DNA of 64,000 bases from Candidatus Tepidifontimicrobium thermophilum (GTDB lineage Bacteria; Sysuimicrobiota; Sysuimicrobiia; Sysuimicrobiales; Sysuimicrobiaceae), in NCBI GenBank assembly GCA_031459915.1, contig JAVKHO010000016.1, positions 9,851-73,850 on the forward strand, in the 5' to 3' direction. The position numbers were made by a program, and so were the translations under genes. The notes under the pieces are model-generated. The model made no database searches, had not been told where the DNA came from, and saw only the letters and a list, made by a program, of their open reading frames with translations. This document shows, piece after piece, positions 1 to 8,101 of this stretch; the first letter of the stretch is position 1, and each line of letters starts with the position of its first letter.

Positions 1-304
1 TCTGTACCGGTAGGTGACTCCCGTCCGCGTCTAGGGTGACCACCACGTCGCCAGGGGAAGCCTGCTCCAGCACGTAGCGGAGGCCCGTGTCGACCGCGCG
101 GCCCAGGCCGAGGTTTCGGGGATGCCGCACTAGCTGCGGGCGAAGCGGTCCAGGCCACGCCTGTGCCAGCGCGGCGGTGGAGTCGGTGCTCCCGTCGTCC
201 ACCACCACCACCTTCAGGTCGTCCCGCCCGAGCGCCTCCAGTTGCTGCAGAAGCCCCGGTAGGTTCTCCGCCTCGTTGTAGGCAGGCAGCACCACCCAGA
301 CCAT
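1..304 (-). CDS. GT2-family glycosyltransferase (polyprenol-phosphate mannosyltransferase-like), runs off the window edge
   Basis: Not in the ORF track. Manual translation from ATG 304 gives MVWVVLPAYNEAENL...VVVVDDGSTDST...RNLGLGRAV...VVTLDADGSH, the canonical GT2 motifs. Confidence 0.9.
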   Translation of the reverse strand, partial: MVWVVLPAYNEAENLPGLLQQLEALGRDDLKVVVVDDGSTDSTAALAQAWPGPLRPQLVRHPRNLGLGRAVDTGLRYVLEQASPGDVVVTLDADGSHLPVQ

Positions 305-307
305 GGT

Positions 308-368
308 CCTGGAACCGGTTCCACGCGGCGGCCCCTGTCACCTGTTCCTGGAACCGGTTCCAGGTACC
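308..368. repeat. Two REP-like palindromes upstream of the RAYT
   Basis: Perfect palindromes TGGAACCGGTTCCA (310-323) and CCTGGAACCGGTTCCAGG (347-364). The second sits within GTTCCTGGAACCGGTTCCAGGTACC (344-368). Confidence 0.85.
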
Positions 369-428
369 GTGTGCAAAATGCCGCGGCCCGGACGTTCACT
401 CCATGGAGGAAGCAGCGGAGGCGGCGTG

Positions 429-1244
429 ATGCCCCGTAAGCCACGAGTGGACGTAGAGGGGGCCGTGTACCACGTGACCGCCCGCGGCAACCACCAGCAA
501 CGGCTCTTTTACGGACCTGAGGACTACATGGTCTACCTGTCCCTGCTGCGGGAAGCCGTGGAGCGGTTCGGCCTGCGGGTGCTTGCCTACGCCCTTCTGC
601 CCAACCACGTGCACTTCCTGTGCCGCCGGGGACCAACCCCGCTGGCCAAGGTGATGCACTACGTCCAGCGGCGGTTCGCCCTTCACCACAACCGGCGTCT
701 CGGAGTCCGGGGACACGCCTTCGAGGACCGGTACCATGCGAAGCTCTGCGACAACGAAGAGTACCTGTGGGCGGTGGTGCGCTACATCCACGACAACCCG
801 GTGCAGGCTGGGCTTTGTGACCGTCCGGACGGCTACCCGTGGACCAGCTATCACGCCTATGCGTCCGGACAGTGGGACCTCGTGGATCAGGAGGAGGCAG
901 CCAACTTGTTCGGTCCCCCCGAGGACGTCCGGGACCTGCCGCCAAAGCGGCCGGAGGGCCGACCCGCTGGCTCCAGGAACGGCGCTGGCCCGCGCCCCAA
1001 TGCGACTTCGTCTTCCACGACCCGACGCCCGGGTCGGACAGACCGGGGTGGTCGAGGGGCGAGGCCCGAGTCGCCCCGCGAGCGGGCCGGTCGCGGCAAA
1101 CAGAGCGGCCGAACGACGCCCTCTGTTGGGGCCCGCAGCCAGCCGGTCGGAGTCCACCCCGGTATACCGGGCTCGGGTACCCGGTTGGCTTTGCCGCACG
1201 CCTCCGATCCCCGGACCGAGGAGATGACGCGCCCGCCGCCGTGA
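429..1244 (+). mobile_element. REP-associated tyrosine transposase (RAYT, Y1 HUH family) with a low-complexity C-terminal tail
   Basis: MPRKPR...YHVTARGN...LPNHVH (HUH)...FEDRYHA...YIHDNPVQAG (catalytic Tyr)...YPWTSY. Palindromic repeats lie on both sides. Confidence 0.88.
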
Positions 1245-1437
1245 CGCGTTAACGTCCGGGGCGTTTGAGCAGGCCTAGGAGCGCGACCTCGGTCTTCTTT
1301 GGTCCACGCCATGGACGACGGGGGCCGGTTTTGCGCGCCCTACTTTCTCCCGCCCTACTCTTCCCGTGTTCCGCAACCTTGCAACGGTCTCCGGCTACCG
1401 CTTCCTGTTCCTGGGTCCCTTCCTGGACGTGCCTAGG

Positions 1438-2604
1438 TTAGGCACCACTCCCAGCGCACCCACCTCCGGCCCCCGGGGTGTTCCTGGTACCGATTCCAGG
1501 TACCGGGCAGGGAGGCGCCGTGGTCCTGAGCCGGCCCAGGGTAGGTACCAGTCCCGCCACGCCTAGGTTCCCGCCCTCCCGAGGCGTTCCTGGTACCGGT
1601 TCCAGGTACGGGGCAGCCGGAGGCGCCGCGGTTCCTGGTTCCTGGTACTGGTTCCTGGTACTGGTTCCTGGTACTGGTTCCTGGTACCGGTTCCAGGTAC
1701 CGGTTCCAGGTACCGGGCAGAGGGAGGCGCCGTGATCCAGGGTGGCGCCGTCGGTGGCGACGAACGCCCACTCGTACCGGCCGGGGAGCAGGCGTAGGCG
1801 GAGGACGCCGAAACGGTCGTCCCGGAGCACCTCCGGCTGCACGGCGGCCTGGCGGTGTGCGCGGTAGAGGTTGCGGCCCCCGGTCCCCACCACGAACTGG
1901 CGGATGCCACGGCCCGACGGCCGGCCCTCGCCGTCTAGAGGCGGGAACCTCTGGTAGTTGTGGTCGTGGCCGGTGAGGACCACGGCGGCGCCGTGCCGGT
2001 ACAGCAGCTCCCACCACGGCCGTACGGGCTCGTACCCGGAGTAGCGGCCGGCGCTGAAAAGCGGATGGTGCCAGTACGCCAGCACGCATCTGCCGCGGGG
2101 ACCGCTCAGCCGGTCGGTGAGCCACCCGAACTGCGGGGACCCGGGCCCGCAGCCGCCCACGGCCCAGCAGTTGGAGTTCAGGGCCAGCAACAGCCACCCT
2201 CCCGCTTCGAACGCGTAGTAGCCCAGCCCCGCGGGTCCTGCCAGGTCTTCGAAATACGCGAAGTAGCCGGCGGCTCCCGGGGTCTGGTACTCGTGGTTCC
2301 CCGGTACCGGTCGGGTCCGGCCGCGGTACCGGCCCCACGTTCGGCCGTACCCGTTCTGATACCGCTCCAGCGCACCGTCCGGGTACTGCCCGTCCCCCAG
2401 CATCAGGACTAGGTCCGCTCCCTCCAGCAGCCGAGCAGTCTCGGCGTCCGCGCACTCGCCGGCCCGGGGCCGGTGGGTGGGGTCACACGCCACGTCCCCC
2501 GCCGCTGCCACCACCACGCCCTGCACCTCCGTTCCCGGCGCGGCAACTCCCGTGTAGCCGACCCCCAGGGCGGCAGCCACCGCGACCCACGTCACGGTAC
2601 GCAC
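1438..2604 (-). CDS. Secreted calcineurin-like metallophosphoesterase with a repeat-derived C-terminal extension
   Basis: Signal peptide; motifs AGD, LGDGQY, PGNHEY, HHP, GHDHNY, VGTGG. The last ~90 aa are encoded by the repeat cluster and adjacent DNA. Confidence 0.85.
   Translation of the reverse strand: MRTVTWVAVAAALGVGYTGVAAPGTEVQGVVVAAAGDVACDPTHRPRAGECADAETARLLEGADLVLMLGDGQYPDGALERYQNGYGRTWGRYRGRTRPVPGNHEYQTPGAAGYFAYFEDLAGPAGLGYYAFEAGGWLLLALNSNCWAVGGCGPGSPQFGWLTDRLSGPRGRCVLAYWHHPLFSAGRYSGYEPVRPWWELLYRHGAAVVLTGHDHNYQRFPPLDGEGRPSGRGIRQFVVGTGGRNLYRAHRQAAVQPEVLRDDRFGVLRLRLLPGRYEWAFVATDGATLDHGASLCPVPGTGTWNRYQEPVPGTSTRNQYQEPGTAAPPAAPYLEPVPGTPREGGNLGVAGLVPTLGRLRTTAPPCPVPGIGTRNTPGAGGGCAGSGA
1480..1740. 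repeat. REP-like repeat cluster: three REP+flank copies and six tandem 13-mers
   Basis: GTTCCTGGTACCG(A/G)TTCCAGGTAC begins at 1480, 1586 and 1677. Tandem GTTCC(T/A)GGTAC(T/C)G x6 runs from 1638 to 1715. Confidence 0.9.
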
Positions 2605-2697
2605 GGCGCGGCCTCCTGAGCGGTCCCCGGCACACAGCCAGGCCGGATCGGCCGTATCCTAGAGGACGAGACCCCTTCCGGAAACAGGAGGTGAGCC

Positions 2698-3420
2698 ATG
2701 AAGCTACCCCAGGGCCTCAGCATCACCTACCTCGGCCATGCCAGCTTCAAGATCGGCACTCCCGGCGGGAAGGTGGTGTTCATCGACCCGTGGCTGGAGG
2801 GCAACCCACGGTGCCCGGACACCCACAAGAAGCAGGACCGGGCGGACCTGATCCTCATCACCCACGGCCACTTCGACCACCTGTCCGCGGACGTCGCGCC
2901 CCTCGCCCGCGCCACCGGAGCCACGGTCGTGGCCATGCCGGAGGTGTGCGCGTTCCTCAGCCGGCAGGGCGTGGAGCGCTTCGAGCAGATGAACAAGGGC
3001 GGCACGGTTCACGTGCAGGGCCTCAAGGTCACCATGACCAACGCGTTTCACAGCTCCGGCGCGCAGGCGGAGGACGGCTCCGTCGTGTACGCGGGTGACC
3101 CCGCAGGCTTCGTCCTGGAGACGGAGGACGGGTTCCGCATCTACCACGCGGGGGACACCTGTGTGTTCGGCGACATGAAGCTGATCGGCGAGCTGTACCG
3201 ACCGCAGGTCGCCATGCTCCCCATCGGGGACCGGTTCACCATGGGCCCCACCGAGGCCGCGTACGCCATCCGGCTCCTGGGAGTCAAGTGCGTGATCCCC
3301 ATGCACTACGCTACCTTCCCCCTCCTCACCGGCACCCCAGACGCCTTGAAGGAAGCCACCCGGGACATCGAGGGGCTGGAGATCGTGGTCATGGAGCCGG
3401 GACAGACCTGGGCCGGCTAG
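2698..3420 (+). CDS. Metal-dependent hydrolase, metallo-beta-lactamase fold (UPF0173-like)
   Basis: YLGHAS, IDPW, THGHFDH, HAGDT, IPMHY; AGGAGG RBS. Confidence 0.9.
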   Translation: MKLPQGLSITYLGHASFKIGTPGGKVVFIDPWLEGNPRCPDTHKKQDRADLILITHGHFDHLSADVAPLARATGATVVAMPEVCAFLSRQGVERFEQMNKGGTVHVQGLKVTMTNAFHSSGAQAEDGSVVYAGDPAGFVLETEDGFRIYHAGDTCVFGDMKLIGELYRPQVAMLPIGDRFTMGPTEAAYAIRLLGVKCVIPMHYATFPLLTGTPDALKEATRDIEGLEIVVMEPGQTWAG

Positions 3421-3430
3421 ACGCCACCCC

Positions 3431-3460
3431 GGGCCGGCCGCCGCGTGCGGCGGCCGGCCC
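3431..3460. terminator. GC-rich hairpin between convergent genes
   Basis: Perfect 13-bp stem GGGCCGGCCGCCG-CGTG-CGGCGGCCGGCCC, with no U-tract. Confidence 0.55.
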
Positions 3461-3464
3461 TCTC

Positions 3465-3659
3465 CTACCGCGTGCCCCTCGACCGCACCCACAGGGCCAC
3501 GCCCACCACGCCCAGACCCAGCCCGACCACCGAGACCCCGTACGCGACCAGGGCCACCACTAAGTCCGACGGGATCGTGCGCAACACCATGAGGAAGACC
3601 GCACCCCAGCTCCCGACCAGCAGGACCAGTCCGGTACCCATCAGCCGCAGGGGGCTCAC
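3465..3659 (-). CDS. Small 2-TM membrane protein (64 aa), last gene of the peptide ABC operon
   Basis: GTGA overlap with the upstream ATPase stop; two hydrophobic segments. Confidence 0.65.
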   Translation of the reverse strand: MSPLRLMGTGLVLLVGSWGAVFLMVLRTIPSDLVVALVAYGVSVVGLGLGVVGVALWVRSRGTR

Positions 3660-4681
3660 GGAGATCCCCCTCCTTCCACGGCCGGCGCCGCGGTCACGGT
3701 GCGGGCTCCTTCGTACAGCCAGCAGGCCGCCACGTGCCCCGCACCCACCTCGAAGTCCGGGGGCTCGCGTCGGTCGCACACGCCCGGGATGGCCGCAGGA
3801 CACCGGGGGTGGAACCGGCAGCCCTCGGGAGGGCGAACCAGGCTCGGCGGCTCCCCCGGCGGTACGGGGCGGAGCCGCCTGGCGTTCTCCGGGTCCGGGT
3901 CCGGAATGGCCGCCAGCAAGGCCTGCGTATAGGGGTGCTTGGGCTCCCGCAGCAGGTCCGTCACCTGCGCCTGCTCCACGAGTTTTCCCGCGTACATGAC
4001 CAGCACCCGTTCGCAGAAGTGGCGCACCGTGGAAAGGTCGTGCGTGATGTACACCACGGACAGCCGGTGACTCTGCTGGAGGCTCCTCAGGAGCTGCAAC
4101 ACCTCCGCCCGGACGGAGGCGTCCAGCATGGAAACCGGCTCGTCCGCCACCAGCAACCGGGGACCGAGGAGGGTGGCACGGGCCACCACCAGCCGCTGCT
4201 GCTGCCCGCCGCTGAGCATGTGGGGAAACCGGGGGAGGAACTCCTCCGGGGGTACCAGCTGGACAGCTTCCAAAGCCTCCACCACCCGGGCCCGCCGCTT
4301 CGAGGGTGAGCTCACGCCGTTGACCACAAGAGGTTCCTCGAGGATGCGGCGCACGCTCATGAAAGGGGGCAGGGCCCCGTACGGGTCCTGCTGGACGTAG
4401 CCCACCCGACGCCGGTACCAGCGCCAGTCGTCCGCGCCGCCGAGGCGTCGACCTTCGAACCAAACCTCTCCGCGCAGGGGACGCACGAGTCCGAGCAGGG
4501 TCTTGGCCAGGGTGCTCTTACCGCAGCCGCTTTCCCCGACCACCGCCACCGCTTCGCCCTCCGCCAACTGGAAACTGACGCCGTCCACCGCCCGCACCCA
4601 GCCCTGGTGCAGGAAGCCCCACCGGCGCAGCTCGTACCAGGTGGCCAGCCCGCGGGCCGCCAGCAGCGGATCACCGCGCAC
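3656..4681 (-). CDS. Peptide ABC transporter ATP-binding protein (OppF/DppF-like)
   Basis: GESGCGKS, LSGGQQQR, DEP, HPYT, GCRFHPRC tail. Confidence 0.93.
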   Translation of the reverse strand: MRGDPLLAARGLATWYELRRWGFLHQGWVRAVDGVSFQLAEGEAVAVVGESGCGKSTLAKTLLGLVRPLRGEVWFEGRRLGGADDWRWYRRRVGYVQQDPYGALPPFMSVRRILEEPLVVNGVSSPSKRRARVVEALEAVQLVPPEEFLPRFPHMLSGGQQQRLVVARATLLGPRLLVADEPVSMLDASVRAEVLQLLRSLQQSHRLSVVYITHDLSTVRHFCERVLVMYAGKLVEQAQVTDLLREPKHPYTQALLAAIPDPDPENARRLRPVPPGEPPSLVRPPEGCRFHPRCPAAIPGVCDRREPPDFEVGAGHVAACWLYEGARTVTAAPAVEGGGSP

Positions 4682-5654
4682 GCGTGGCCTCCTGAGCGTA
4701 CAACCAGCACATCACGCGCCTGCCGCCCTCCACGGGCACGAGGGGAGGGGCCTGTCCGCACGGATCGAACCGGGCCGGGCACCGCGCCGCGAACCGGCAC
4801 CCGGCCGGAGGGTTCAGCAGGCTGGGGGGACGTCCGGGCAGCGGTTGCGGAGCCCGTTCCTCCCGCAGGCTGACCACGCTGGCCCGAAGGGCCTGGGCGT
4901 AGGGGTGCATGGGCCCGGTGAGGAAGCGATCTAGGGGCCCGAACTCCACGATCTGGCCCGCGTACATGAGGGCCACGTCGTCCGCCAGCTCGCTGGCGGT
5001 AGCCAAATCGTGGGTGATCAGGAGGAAACTGGTGCCGAGTTCCCACCGCAATGTCTTGAGCAGGTTCAGGAGGTTCGCCTGGGTCAACACATCCAGCGCC
5101 GAGGTGGGCTCGTCCAGCACGACCAGCTGGGGCCTGAGGACCAGGGCCATGGCGATGGCCACCCTCTGACGCATCCCTCCACTGAGTTCGAACGGGTAGC
5201 GGTCCGCGAACTCTGGGGGTACCCCCACCCGCCGCAAGGCTTCCACCACGTGATCCCGTGCCTCCTCCGGCCGGCGCACCCGTCCGTGCAGCCACAAGGG
5301 CTCGGCCACCTGGTCGCCTACCCGCAGCACGGGGTTGAGGGAGTTCATGGCGGCCTGCGGGACCAGCGACAGCCGAGCCCAGCGGACCTCCTGCCGGAAC
5401 CGCTCCTCCGGCAGGACCATGAGGTCCTCCCCGTCTAGCAGCACCCGACCGCTGTAGTGGGCCACGTTGCGGGGCAGTAGCCGTAAGATGGCGCGCGCCA
5501 GGGAGGTCTTCCCGCAGCCGCTCTCCCCTAGCACCGCCACCGTACGGCCGCGTCCGACCTCCAGGTACACGCCGTCCACGGCCCGCACCGGCCCGGCGGC
5601 GGTGCGGAAGTGGAGATGCAGGTCCTCCACGCGCAGGAGCGGGGCCACCGTCAC
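4671..5654 (-). CDS. Peptide ABC transporter ATP-binding protein (OppD/DppD-like)
   Basis: GESGCGKT, LSGGMRQR, DEPT, HPY, GCRFAARC; GTGA overlap start. Confidence 0.93.
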   Translation of the reverse strand: MTVAPLLRVEDLHLHFRTAAGPVRAVDGVYLEVGRGRTVAVLGESGCGKTSLARAILRLLPRNVAHYSGRVLLDGEDLMVLPEERFRQEVRWARLSLVPQAAMNSLNPVLRVGDQVAEPLWLHGRVRRPEEARDHVVEALRRVGVPPEFADRYPFELSGGMRQRVAIAMALVLRPQLVVLDEPTSALDVLTQANLLNLLKTLRWELGTSFLLITHDLATASELADDVALMYAGQIVEFGPLDRFLTGPMHPYAQALRASVVSLREERAPQPLPGRPPSLLNPPAGCRFAARCPARFDPCGQAPPLVPVEGGRRVMCWLYAQEATRAR

Positions 5655-6973
5655 AGCTCCCTCAGCCGGGGGTTGAAGACCCGATCCAGGGCGAAGCCCA
5701 GGAGCGTGAAGGCCAACCCACTTAGCATGAGCATGAAGGCGGGCTCCAGGACCCAGTAGGTGTAGCCCACATAGAGGGCGCCCGCGCGGTAAGCGTCCTC
5801 GATGACCTTCCCCCAGGTGGGTAAGACCGGGTCGCCGAGCCCCAACAGGGCCAGGGTGGCCTCCAGGAACACGAAGCCGGGGATGAGGGTTACGAACTGG
5901 GGCAAGAGCACCGGGATAGCCCTCGGGACCAGGTACACCGCCACCATGCGCAGGTTCCCCACCCCGTACGCGCGGGCAGCTTCCACGTAGGGCGCTTCCT
6001 TCACCTGCAGGAACAGGGCGCGGTAGGTCTTGATGCCGCCCCCGAAGATCCCCAACAGGATCACCGCACCCAGGATCACCCACAGGCTCCGGGAGTAGAG
6101 GGTGCCGATCATGATGAGGATGGGCAGGCCGGGCAGGATCAGGTTCACCTCGGTGATCCGCTGGATGAGGCCATCCACCCACCCGCCGTACCACGCACCC
6201 ACCGCGGCGATCAGCAGCGTACTCAGGGACGACCCCACCGCCGCCAAAAGTCCGAAGGCCAGCGCGATGGGCGTCCCCCACAGCAAGGGGAGCAAGAGGT
6301 CGCGCCGCAGGTGGTCCGTCCCTGCGAGCCCGTACACCTCCCCGTACACCACCAGCTCCGCCCGCACCGAGGAGCCCGGCTCGAACAGGAAAGCCCGCAC
6401 CGTCAAGGTGTACCGGCCGGGGACTGCCTCTCCGGGCCGGTCTGCCGTGGAGAACAACATCTGCTCCGGGGCGCCCCCGAGGTTCCGGCGCAGCTCCGCG
6501 TCCGCGGACAGACGGTAGATGTCCTGGCGCCGCGGGGTCAGGTCCGCCAGGCGCAGCTCGGAGCCTGTGGGAGTCCGCCAGCTGAGCTCCAGCTGCGGCG
6601 CCTGCTCCTGGTAGTCGGCGTACACGAACACCGCGAGCTCGGTGGGGAACCGACGGTAGCGGTACTCGAAGGGGAGGTCGAACTGCACCTCTCGCACGCC
6701 GCTGCCCAGGTCCCGCTCCCGGGCAGGTACCCGGGGGCTGTGCACCACCAAGGTGCGCGGTAACCGGCCTCCCCACAGCCAGTTCAGCCACTCGGGCCGC
6801 GCGTTGCGGGGGTTGCGGGGCCAGGCGGCCTCCCCCCCACTCCACAGGCGGACCGCCTCCGGGTACGGGATCGCCACCAGCGCGTACACGGAGATCCCCA
6901 CGAGAAACGCGAGGATGGCAAGTCCCGCCAACGCGGACGGGTACCGCACCAGCTCCCGTAGGGTGCCCCTCAC
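5651..6973 (-). CDS. Peptide ABC transporter permease (OppC-like) with a large extracytoplasmic insertion
   Basis: GTDHLRRD, YVEAARAYG (EAA loop), multiple TMs; GTGA overlap start. Confidence 0.9.
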   Translation of the reverse strand: MRGTLRELVRYPSALAGLAILAFLVGISVYALVAIPYPEAVRLWSGGEAAWPRNPRNARPEWLNWLWGGRLPRTLVVHSPRVPARERDLGSGVREVQFDLPFEYRYRRFPTELAVFVYADYQEQAPQLELSWRTPTGSELRLADLTPRRQDIYRLSADAELRRNLGGAPEQMLFSTADRPGEAVPGRYTLTVRAFLFEPGSSVRAELVVYGEVYGLAGTDHLRRDLLLPLLWGTPIALAFGLLAAVGSSLSTLLIAAVGAWYGGWVDGLIQRITEVNLILPGLPILIMIGTLYSRSLWVILGAVILLGIFGGGIKTYRALFLQVKEAPYVEAARAYGVGNLRMVAVYLVPRAIPVLLPQFVTLIPGFVFLEATLALLGLGDPVLPTWGKVIEDAYRAGALYVGYTYWVLEPAFMLMLSGLAFTLLGFALDRVFNPRLREL

Positions 6974-8091
6974 CGCTCGCCTCCGAGGCCGACCTTCACC
7001 CGTGGGTCCACCACCGCGTACACGATGTCCAGGGCGAACACTGTGACCGCCAGCAGGTAGGCGTACAGGATGGTCGTCCCCACGATCACCGGGGTGTCGT
7101 ACAGCCCCACCGCCTGGTACAGGGCGCGCCCCAGCCCCGGCCAGTTGAACACCGTCTCCAGGACGATCGCCCCCGTCCACGCGCCGATGAGGCCCAAGGC
7201 GAAGGACGTGAGGATGGTCGGCAGGGCGGGCCGGAGGATGTACCGCCGCTCCACCAGGCGGCCCGGGAGTCCCTTGGCCCGCGCCAGCTCCACGTAGTCC
7301 TCGCTGCTGAAGATGAGGAAGAAGGTCCGCCACGCATAGACCGACAGGAAGATGGAGCTCAAGGCCAGGCTGGCCAGGGGCAGGACCATGTGCTTGAGGA
7401 CGCTGGCGGCGTACGCCAGCTTGCTTTCGGGGGGTGGCGCGTCCACCATGCCGCCGAAGGGGAGCCACCGCAGGCCCGCGGCGAAGACCAGGATGAGGAA
7501 GATGCCGTAGAACCACGCGGGCGCCGCAGAGGTCGGCGCCAGCGCCACCACCAGTCGGTCCGCAAGGCCTCCGTACCGGCGCGAGAGCGCCAGAGCCGCC
7601 GCCACCGACGAGAAGAACAGCACAAGCTGCGCGCTGAGGAACAGCAGCAAAGTGGCAGGCAACCGGTCCAGGATGATCTGCCGCACCAGGCGCGATCCGG
7701 TGTCGCTCGTCATGCGCTCCGCGAAGCCCAGGCGCAGCAGCAGGGCATCCCGCAGGTACCCCACCGACCGGGACAAGAACGGCCGGTCCAAGCCCAGGCG
7801 GCGCTCCTCGTTACGGATCATCTGCTCGGCCACCCGCTCCCGCACGTCCGCGGGCAGCCGCCGCATCTGCTCGTTGAGGGAGATGGCCAGGGCCACCTGC
7901 TCCCGGATCTCCGCCCGCTTGATCTGGTCCACGTACCCGCCCATGTTGGCCACCAGGATGGTGAGGTACACCCCCACCACCACCGCGGCGAACAGGGCCA
8001 CCAGCCGCGTGGCGGAGTACAGAAGGACCCGCATGGCGGGGTGCTGCCGCACCCCGCCGCGGGGTGCCGTCACGGCCACGGCCTGTGCCAT
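6970..8091 (-). CDS. Peptide ABC transporter permease (OppB-like)
   Basis: LGLDRP, EDYVELARAKG, ETVFNWPGLG. Confidence 0.92.
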   Translation of the reverse strand: MAQAVAVTAPRGGVRQHPAMRVLLYSATRLVALFAAVVVGVYLTILVANMGGYVDQIKRAEIREQVALAISLNEQMRRLPADVRERVAEQMIRNEERRLGLDRPFLSRSVGYLRDALLLRLGFAERMTSDTGSRLVRQIILDRLPATLLLFLSAQLVLFFSSVAAALALSRRYGGLADRLVVALAPTSAAPAWFYGIFLILVFAAGLRWLPFGGMVDAPPPESKLAYAASVLKHMVLPLASLALSSIFLSVYAWRTFFLIFSSEDYVELARAKGLPGRLVERRYILRPALPTILTSFALGLIGAWTGAIVLETVFNWPGLGRALYQAVGLYDTPVIVGTTILYAYLLAVTVFALDIVYAVVDPRVKVGLGGER

Positions 8092-8101
8092 GGAGGGGGA
8101 C

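Noticed and set aside
303..428. N-terminal extension of the RAYT from ATG 303
   Set aside because: It is translated REP sequence (LEPVP...); the family-typical start MPRKPR at 429 has a GGAGG upstream.
429..1244. IS200/IS605 insertion sequence
   Set aside because: No tnpB, and motifs (YHVTARGN, NPVxAG, WTSY) and multi-copy flanking palindromes fit a RAYT better.
1480..1740. CRISPR array
   Set aside because: Only three degenerate units with irregular spacing and tandem 13-mers, no unique equal-length spacers and no cas genes; better explained as REPs.
2293..2312. REP-like GGTTCCCCGGTACCGG inside the phosphoesterase
   Set aside because: It encodes the conserved PVPGNHE metal-binding motif, so the resemblance is probably coincidental.
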